Shown here: piece after piece, positions 58,054 through 64,000 of the stretch
Numbering within the stretch: the stretch's first letter is position 1
How the letters are laid out: each line of letters opens with the position of its first letter
Source of the DNA: an uncultured Flavobacteriales bacterium
Lineage (GTDB): Bacteria; Bacteroidota; Bacteroidia; CAIKAF01
Assembly: GCA_903837495.1 (NCBI GenBank)
Contig: CAILUT010000031.1
Coordinates: 29,016-93,015, forward strand
DNA length: 64,000 nucleotides
Direction of reading: 5' to 3'
Notes under the pieces: generated by a model
Seen by the model: only the letters and a program-made list of their open reading frames with translations
What the model was told of the DNA's origin: nothing
The model's database searches: none
Made by a program: the position numbers and the translations under genes

Positions 58054-59010
58054 ATGAAAATATTAGTAATCATAAAACATTGGTTTTCACTGTTCTTAGG
58101 CTTAATCCTGTTTTTGGGGGCTGTATATTTTGTTTCAGGTGAACTTGAACAATTAAACATACAGAATTCAATTCATGCTGCCTGTTTGGGGGTATCCTAT
58201 GCCTTTTTCTTATTCTTAATTCAAGGGCTAGAACTTAAATTGTTGCTTAAAAGACGCAATTTTTTGCTTGATACAAAAGATACCGTAACCCTCCCATTCT
58301 CGATGAACCTTTGGGGGCATTTTATTCCCGTTCAAGGAGGTTTTTTTTATTTTCTAACCTTTATTAAATCCAAGTACGGCGTATCTATTTTTTCCCTTAC
58401 AGGAGCGTATTTCTGGCTCTTTTTTTTAGGCCTGAGCGTTGATGGCATAATGGGTTTGATGTTATTGGTTCAATTCCAGGCCCCTTACGTGCTAATTTTA
58501 TTTTTAATGGGCATGGCCTGTTCGGTTTTTGTGTTGCATGCCCTGGCTGGTATTCAACATTTCAAAGACATAGAGGCCGGACCGAGCTGGAAAGGCAAAT
58601 TAATTCAGCGCATACAGACAGCCTTAGAGGGCTTTAGCCAATTTAAGGCAGTAGATTACCTGCGCTTTGCCGGCATTTCGGTGCTCTTGACCGCCTTAAA
58701 TTCCCTTTGGGGTTGGCAAATATCCAAGGAGTTTGACCTTGGAATTGATTTGGCGGGAGTTTTTTATGCTACCGTTTTGATGCGAATAGGGCTTTTGCTA
58801 AAAATAACGCCCGGAAATTTAGGTGTTTTGCAATTGGGCAGTGGAGCCGTCTTTTCGGCCTTAGGCTATAGTGCCTCGGCAGGAATTTTCATTTCTGTTT
58901 GGCAACAAGCCTCCATGCTGCTCGTTTCGATTCCCATTGGCTTGGCAGGAACCTGGCTGAACCGCCACCAATTTTCATGGAAATCGCTTTTTTACACCAC
59001 CCGGCCCTAG
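58054..59010 (+). CDS. Lysylphosphatidylglycerol-synthase-TM / flippase-like membrane protein
   Basis: About 8 TMs, ITPGNLGVLQ motif. Confidence 0.7.
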   Translation: MKILVIIKHWFSLFLGLILFLGAVYFVSGELEQLNIQNSIHAACLGVSYAFFLFLIQGLELKLLLKRRNFLLDTKDTVTLPFSMNLWGHFIPVQGGFFYFLTFIKSKYGVSIFSLTGAYFWLFFLGLSVDGIMGLMLLVQFQAPYVLILFLMGMACSVFVLHALAGIQHFKDIEAGPSWKGKLIQRIQTALEGFSQFKAVDYLRFAGISVLLTALNSLWGWQISKEFDLGIDLAGVFYATVLMRIGLLLKITPGNLGVLQLGSGAVFSALGYSASAGIFISVWQQASMLLVSIPIGLAGTWLNRHQFSWKSLFYTTRP

Positions 59011-59156
59011 CGCCCCCGATTGCAGTGGAAAGCCCGCAGGGCTTGGGCGGAAGGGCCGGGCAGCGGGCGGAGGCGACTTTAGGAGCCCACGCAGCGCTCC
59101 CCGGCCCCCGACCAAGACCGAGGACTTGCAACGGAAAGCGGGATGGGCGCCCAAAA
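59003..59156 (+). ncRNA. Structured hairpin element copy 4 (closest to the Flavo-1 RNA motif as recalled)
   Basis: GATTGCAGTGGAAAGCCCGCAG ... GAGGACTTGCAACGGAAAGC arms, apical GGCGACTTTAGGAGCC, end GGGCGCCCAAAA. Confidence 0.7.
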
Positions 59157-59166
59157 ATCAACCCCA

Positions 59167-59961
59167 ATGCTTAGCTTGCCATCGGTAACGGTTGTTGTTC
59201 CTTGTTTTAATGCAGGTGGACTGCTGCAAGAAACGCTGAACAGCGTTTTGCCTGCGCTGGAACAGGGTATGGAGGTGGTGGTGGTGAACGATGGATCGAC
59301 CGACCTTGAAACCTTAACAATTTTGCACAATATAGACCCTAGAATGCGGGTGCTGCATACCCCAAATCGAGGTCTAGCAGCTGCAAGAAACACAGGCATT
59401 CGCGCAGCAAAAGGACGCTACATTTTCCCTTTGGATGCCGACGATTTGGCTCACCTTCCATTCTTAAATTCTGCCCAAACCCTGCTTGATGCTAACTCCA
59501 ATTTCGATGTTGTGGCAGGCGATTATGAAAAATTTGGAGCAGAACAGGGGCGCGTACATTGCCGATGGGATCCCGCGCGTCAATGGTATGTGAATGGAAT
59601 TACCGCCAGCTCTATGTTCAGAAAATCGGTTTGGGAAACCACCGGCGGATACGACGAAACCATGAACGAGGGCTATGAAGATTGGGAGTTTTGGCTTTCG
59701 GCATTGGCCTCAGGCAAAGAAGTGGCAACATTAAATGAGCTTGCTTTTTTTTACCGCATACGGCCAAACAGCATGGTTCGAAGTATGACCTTGCAACAGC
59801 ATGAACGGTTGCTTGCCTATATGCACCAAAAGCACCATGCTGCTTTTTTGAAGCAATACATTGGGCAGGTAAACGACTTGCAAGCACATCGAACCGATTA
59901 CCGATTGTTGTGCAAGGCCTTGCTCGGCATAGTTATGGCCAAATTGCGTTTGAGAAAATGA
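59167..59961 (+). CDS. Glycosyltransferase family 2
   Basis: VVPCFN, NDGSTD, NRGLAAARNTG, PLDADD, GYEDWEFW. Start ATG 59167. Confidence 0.92.
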   Translation: MLSLPSVTVVVPCFNAGGLLQETLNSVLPALEQGMEVVVVNDGSTDLETLTILHNIDPRMRVLHTPNRGLAAARNTGIRAAKGRYIFPLDADDLAHLPFLNSAQTLLDANSNFDVVAGDYEKFGAEQGRVHCRWDPARQWYVNGITASSMFRKSVWETTGGYDETMNEGYEDWEFWLSALASGKEVATLNELAFFYRIRPNSMVRSMTLQQHERLLAYMHQKHHAAFLKQYIGQVNDLQAHRTDYRLLCKALLGIVMAKLRLRK

Positions 59962-60067
59962 ACAGAATGGAACAGAAGAAAAGCCCAATGGGCTTAATGC
60001 GTTGCTCTATTTGGGGAAAAAGGCAGAAATACAGCGGAACCTTGATTCTGCTTAGCAATATGCAGCC

Positions 60068-61039
60068 GTGAAGGTAGCCGTCGTTGTATTAAATTGGAAT
60101 AAGGCGGCCTTAACGCTTCGGGCTGTGCATTCGCTTCTGGCTTCGGTTGCCAAGGCCCAGCATTGGGTGGTGGTGGTGGACAACCACAGTGCTGAGCCAG
60201 AACGACAAGCCTTGGAAAAGGGCTTGCCAGCCGAGGTGGTTTACATTCCATCCAAAGAAAACCTTGGCTATGCAGGCGGCAATAAATTGGGCCTGGATTG
60301 GGCCTTAAAGCAGAGTGCCGATGCAATTTGGATTTTGAACAACGATGCCTATGTACGCCCCGACACACTTTCTTTGCTGCTGCAGGGAGTGGAGCGGTGG
60401 AAAGGCCCGGCGGTATTTTCGCATACCACCCTGATGAGCGAAAATCCCGATCGAATTCACTATTCGGGCAGCTATGGGCCGGAAGAAAGCCCCGACCCGG
60501 CCTTTCCCTACGACCGCCGAAAGGGCGAATTGCTTGCCGATTGTAAAAACGATCTGAAAGAAAAGCCCGCGACCTTATTTGGGCATTCCTTGTTTATACC
60601 CACTGGCATTGTTCGGGCGCATGGCTTTATGGACCCCGACTTCTTTTTGTATTTTGAGGAAACGGAATATTTGTGGAGGTTGCGGAGGCAGGGGGTGGAG
60701 ACGGTCTATTTGGCGGAGCCGGTTTGCGTGCACGAGAGCACGGCATCAAAAAAAGATGCATCGGGGGCCGTGGATGCCGAAATAGCCCTGATTTTAGGCT
60801 ATTACTACGAACGCAACCGCTGGTATTTCTTGCGTCTGCAAGGCAAGGCCAAGCGGGCAGATGTGGTGCGCCGTGCGGGTGGAATAGGGGCTTTGGCCCT
60901 TTATTTCATGAAGAATTTCAAGCCGCCTAAATCAGACCAGGCTCGAACCTTGTATTATCAAAACTTGGCGATGTGGCATGCTTGGTGGGGGGTACGGGGG
61001 CGGAGGGTTTTGCCACAACCCAGCAATAGGGATTCTTAA
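60068..61039 (+). CDS. Glycosyltransferase family 2 (WbbL-like)
   Basis: VVLNWN, NLGYAGGN, LNNDA, FFLYFEE. Confidence 0.9.
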   Translation: MKVAVVVLNWNKAALTLRAVHSLLASVAKAQHWVVVVDNHSAEPERQALEKGLPAEVVYIPSKENLGYAGGNKLGLDWALKQSADAIWILNNDAYVRPDTLSLLLQGVERWKGPAVFSHTTLMSENPDRIHYSGSYGPEESPDPAFPYDRRKGELLADCKNDLKEKPATLFGHSLFIPTGIVRAHGFMDPDFFLYFEETEYLWRLRRQGVETVYLAEPVCVHESTASKKDASGAVDAEIALILGYYYERNRWYFLRLQGKAKRADVVRRAGGIGALALYFMKNFKPPKSDQARTLYYQNLAMWHAWWGVRGRRVLPQPSNRDS

Positions 61040-61043
61040 TGAA

Positions 61044-62168
61044 ATGTCTTTTATGACGGCTCCAACCATTGTAATTCTAATACCTTCCTTAACTTTAGGG
61101 GGTGCCGAAAAGCAAGCTTTATTGTTGGCTCAGTGCTTGGTTCGGCATAACCTGGGCAGGCCCATTGTGGTTGGAATTGGCAAGCCGGGTAAATTAGAGG
61201 GTATATTAAAGGAGAAAGGGATAGAAGGAATATCCTTAAATATGGGTTTTGGGTTCCAGCTATCTAGGCGAAAAATGTGGATGAGGGCTTGGCAATTCAG
61301 AAGGAAAATTAGGGCCTTAAATCCGGACTTCGTTGTGCCGCTTACGTTTTGGCCAAATGTGTTGGGCGCATTTTCATGCTTAGGTCCAGGTTCTGCCGTT
61401 TGCATGTGGAATCAACGCTCTGTGGATGCCAATTTGCCCTACTCTCTATTGGAACGCTTATCTAAACATTCGGTTGCTTTGTATTCAGGCAATAGCCAAA
61501 TCTCGGCAGACTTTATTCAACAGCGCCACCATTTGCCTTCAAGAAATAAGGTAACCGTTTTACCCAACCTAATCTCAACCGAATCGTTTGGGCACGAAAT
61601 GGGAATTTTGAAATCCCACAACGCTCCCCGAGTTCTAATGATGGCCAATTTTTTCCCAGGCAAACGGCAAGACTTGGTTCTAAAAGGCCTAAAAATCTGG
61701 GAAGATACCCACCCCGACAAGGGTATAGAATTGGTTTTTTCAGGAAAAGCTCCTGGGGGGTATTTCGTTGAACAAATTAAGGCCTTGGCATTTGATTTAA
61801 ACCTAAAATCAAAGGTTGCATTCTGCCATTTTTCATCGTTGGAAGAGGCTTTGGAAATGGGCATAGATATAGGATTGCTGGCTACCGATTCAGAAGGGTA
61901 TTCCAACAGCATTATGGAGTATATGCAAGCAGGACTGCCCGTTTTGGTTTCAGATATTCCTGCCAATCGTGAGGTCTTGGGCGCTCAATTAGATAATCAG
62001 CTGTTTGGCCCAAGCCCCGAAGAGTTTGCCTCCGCACTTCAAAATTTAATCGAAAAAAAGGAAAATTGGAGCTCTATGGGGCAAGCGAATAGAGCAGATT
62101 TGCTGGCTCGACATTGGGAAAAAGCAGAACAAATATGGATTCAAACCCTCCAGAATGTACTTAAATAA
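61044..62168 (+). CDS. Glycosyltransferase family 4
   Basis: GGAEKQ, ANFF.GK, EGYSNSIMEYM. Start uncertain. Confidence 0.88.
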   Translation: MSFMTAPTIVILIPSLTLGGAEKQALLLAQCLVRHNLGRPIVVGIGKPGKLEGILKEKGIEGISLNMGFGFQLSRRKMWMRAWQFRRKIRALNPDFVVPLTFWPNVLGAFSCLGPGSAVCMWNQRSVDANLPYSLLERLSKHSVALYSGNSQISADFIQQRHHLPSRNKVTVLPNLISTESFGHEMGILKSHNAPRVLMMANFFPGKRQDLVLKGLKIWEDTHPDKGIELVFSGKAPGGYFVEQIKALAFDLNLKSKVAFCHFSSLEEALEMGIDIGLLATDSEGYSNSIMEYMQAGLPVLVSDIPANREVLGAQLDNQLFGPSPEEFASALQNLIEKKENWSSMGQANRADLLARHWEKAEQIWIQTLQNVLK

Positions 62169-62214
62169 GCCTTGCCTGCATTGCGGCGACCAACACATCT
62201 GATTCTAAGCTTAA

Positions 62215-63261
62215 ATGGAATTTGAATTTCGTCTGCCGGTTAATTTTCAACCTGAATGGGCACACCTTTTCAAAAAAGACGAGCGTTACAAGAGCGTAAA
62301 TTTAGGTGTAAAGCATCTAAGAAATGCCTTTGTTTCAGAAGATGGCCACGTAATTAAAAATGGGTTGCTGGTCCAAGGGTCGGCACCCAACATAGGTTTT
62401 TCTAATTACGATACCAGCCATTATTTTGACCATTGGCGAACAGGTTTAGAGCAAGCACTGGTAAGTAAGTTTGGGCGAAGCCTAAAGCGCATCAATTTAG
62501 ATGCTTCCAAACAGCATTTGCTGGTTCATTCGCCTTGGTTCAGCTACTATTTTTGGATTACGGAATGCCTACCTCGGATTTTAGCAGTGAAAGAAAGGCA
62601 TTCAGAGCTTCACCTTATTTATCCGGAAGTATGGGATTCCATTCCCTTTGTGGTCGATTCTTTGGAGCTTTTTCCCGATTTGCGGAGGGAGCGCATTCCC
62701 AATCATTTCCACATGAAGGTTCCCAATTTAATTATGCCCGAAGTGAAGCCTTGGACACCGATGTTTATACCCGAACAAACCCATGAGGTCCGCGATTTGC
62801 TTTTAAACTGGGCAAAAGACACCCCTTCTAAATTTAGCCCCAAAATATACCTTTCAAGGGAACGTTCTGCGCGCAAAAAGTTTAGCAACGAAGACCTTGC
62901 CTTTCAGAACTTAAAGGAGCGCGGCTTTTCTGCTGTATTTTTAGAAGAACTGCCTTTTAAAGAACAAATTGCCACCCTACGCGATGCACAAGAAATGGTA
63001 GCCATTACTGGGGCAGGAACCATAAATGCCATGTTTATGCCTCCCGAATCAACCTTGTTTGACATCACAAACCAAGATTACCTGCACCGAAAACAATACA
63101 AGTTTCATTTTTTCAAAATGTGCACATTTTTGAACATTCGGTATGCCGTTTTGTTTGCCCAACCCGAAAGAGATCCCTTGGTTGACCACTACAGCAAGCA
63201 GAATCTTATCTTTGACCCTGAGGCTTTTTCGATTATGTATAAACAGGTGAGTCAATTATGA
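62215..63261 (+). CDS. Glycosyltransferase family 61 / DUF563
   Basis: YYFWITECLPR, KIYLSR...RKKFSNE, EQI..L....AITGAGTINAMF. Confidence 0.82.
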   Translation: MEFEFRLPVNFQPEWAHLFKKDERYKSVNLGVKHLRNAFVSEDGHVIKNGLLVQGSAPNIGFSNYDTSHYFDHWRTGLEQALVSKFGRSLKRINLDASKQHLLVHSPWFSYYFWITECLPRILAVKERHSELHLIYPEVWDSIPFVVDSLELFPDLRRERIPNHFHMKVPNLIMPEVKPWTPMFIPEQTHEVRDLLLNWAKDTPSKFSPKIYLSRERSARKKFSNEDLAFQNLKERGFSAVFLEELPFKEQIATLRDAQEMVAITGAGTINAMFMPPESTLFDITNQDYLHRKQYKFHFFKMCTFLNIRYAVLFAQPERDPLVDHYSKQNLIFDPEAFSIMYKQVSQL

Positions 63262-63896
63262 TATCGTTATCTCCAACTCGAATTTTAGTTCTGGCTCCCC
63301 ATACCGATGATGGAGAATTGGGCTGTGGAGGCAGCATTGCCCGGTTGGTTGAAGAGGGACATGAGGTGAAGTGCGTTGCTTTTTCCATCGCCGAAGACTC
63401 TCTGCCTCCCGGCTTTGAGAAAGATGCTCTGGCGCATGAATTTAAACTAGCCATGACGGAGTTGGGGCTTCAACCAAACAACATTCATTATCACCGTTTT
63501 AAGGTTCGGCATTTTCCTGAATTCCGGCAACAAATTCTACAAACTTTGATCGAAATACGGGGCGAATTCCGCCCCGATGTTGTTTTTCTGCCCAGTTTGA
63601 ACGACATTCACCAAGACCATCAGGTTATTGCAAATGAAGGATTAAGGGCGTTTAAAAAATCTTCCATTTTGGGCTATGAAATGCCGTGGAACAACATCGT
63701 TTTTGAAACGCGCTGCTTTGTACAACTGCAAGAAAGGCACGTAGAAAAAAAAATTATGGCATTGAAGCACTATAAAACCCAACAGCACCGCTCGTATTTA
63801 AGCGAAGATTTTATCAGAGGATTGGCTAAAACCCGCGGCACTCAATTCGAATCAGACTTTGCAGAAGCTTTTGAGGTCATTCGTTGGATTATTTAA
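63258..63896 (+). CDS. PIG-L/LmbE-family N-deacetylase
   Basis: APHTDDGELGCGG, DIHQDH, AEAF. Confidence 0.92.
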   Translation: MISLSPTRILVLAPHTDDGELGCGGSIARLVEEGHEVKCVAFSIAEDSLPPGFEKDALAHEFKLAMTELGLQPNNIHYHRFKVRHFPEFRQQILQTLIEIRGEFRPDVVFLPSLNDIHQDHQVIANEGLRAFKKSSILGYEMPWNNIVFETRCFVQLQERHVEKKIMALKHYKTQQHRSYLSEDFIRGLAKTRGTQFESDFAEAFEVIRWII

Positions 63897-64000
63897 GGGT
63901 TTTTTGATTCAAGACACCCTTCTTTATAGTTTGAATCCAAGTTGACCCCCCCCCTCATTCAAAACGAATTTTTGCCCTTGTTTTCGATCGTCATTCCCAT

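Noticed and set aside
55723-59156. Canonical integron or IS composite transposon
   Set aside because: No integrase or transposase, no RYYYAAC/GTTRRRY attC boxes and no target-site duplication recognised. Only the looser cassette hypothesis is retained

Overview
Bacteroidota chromosomal window: TAnnTTTG -7 promoter boxes, T9SS C-terminal sorting domains and no obvious Shine-Dalgarno sites. The left part mixes housekeeping genes (purQ 5' end, icd, mfd, prs, recX, sua5, pheT, nupC, ltaE) with a small GT4-GT4-asnB-GT4 cluster and a few secreted or membrane accessory genes. From about 25.9 kb to the end is a >38 kb surface-glycan locus. It holds two Wzm, two full Wzt plus one truncated Wzt, about 14 GT2/GT4 enzymes, three GT61/DUF563 enzymes, VioA/VioF-like genes, WbqC, FkbM and SAM methyltransferases, a second AsnB, a fused glutaminase/N-acetyl-sugar amidotransferase, a PIG-L deacetylase and a wHTH-nucleotidyltransferase-fold regulator. 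The most striking non-coding signal is a family of four divergent ~155-nt rod-shaped hairpin elements (Flavo-1-like) sitting at gene-block boundaries. They form two inverted pairs, and one pair brackets an AT-rich three-gene cassette. Also present are a 5x35-bp GTAG-type REP array, an 87-bp tandem repeat and an internally deleted T9SS cargo gene. No rRNA, tRNA, CRISPR, transposase, integrase or reverse transcriptase was seen. All family calls come from motif recognition by eye, not from database searches.
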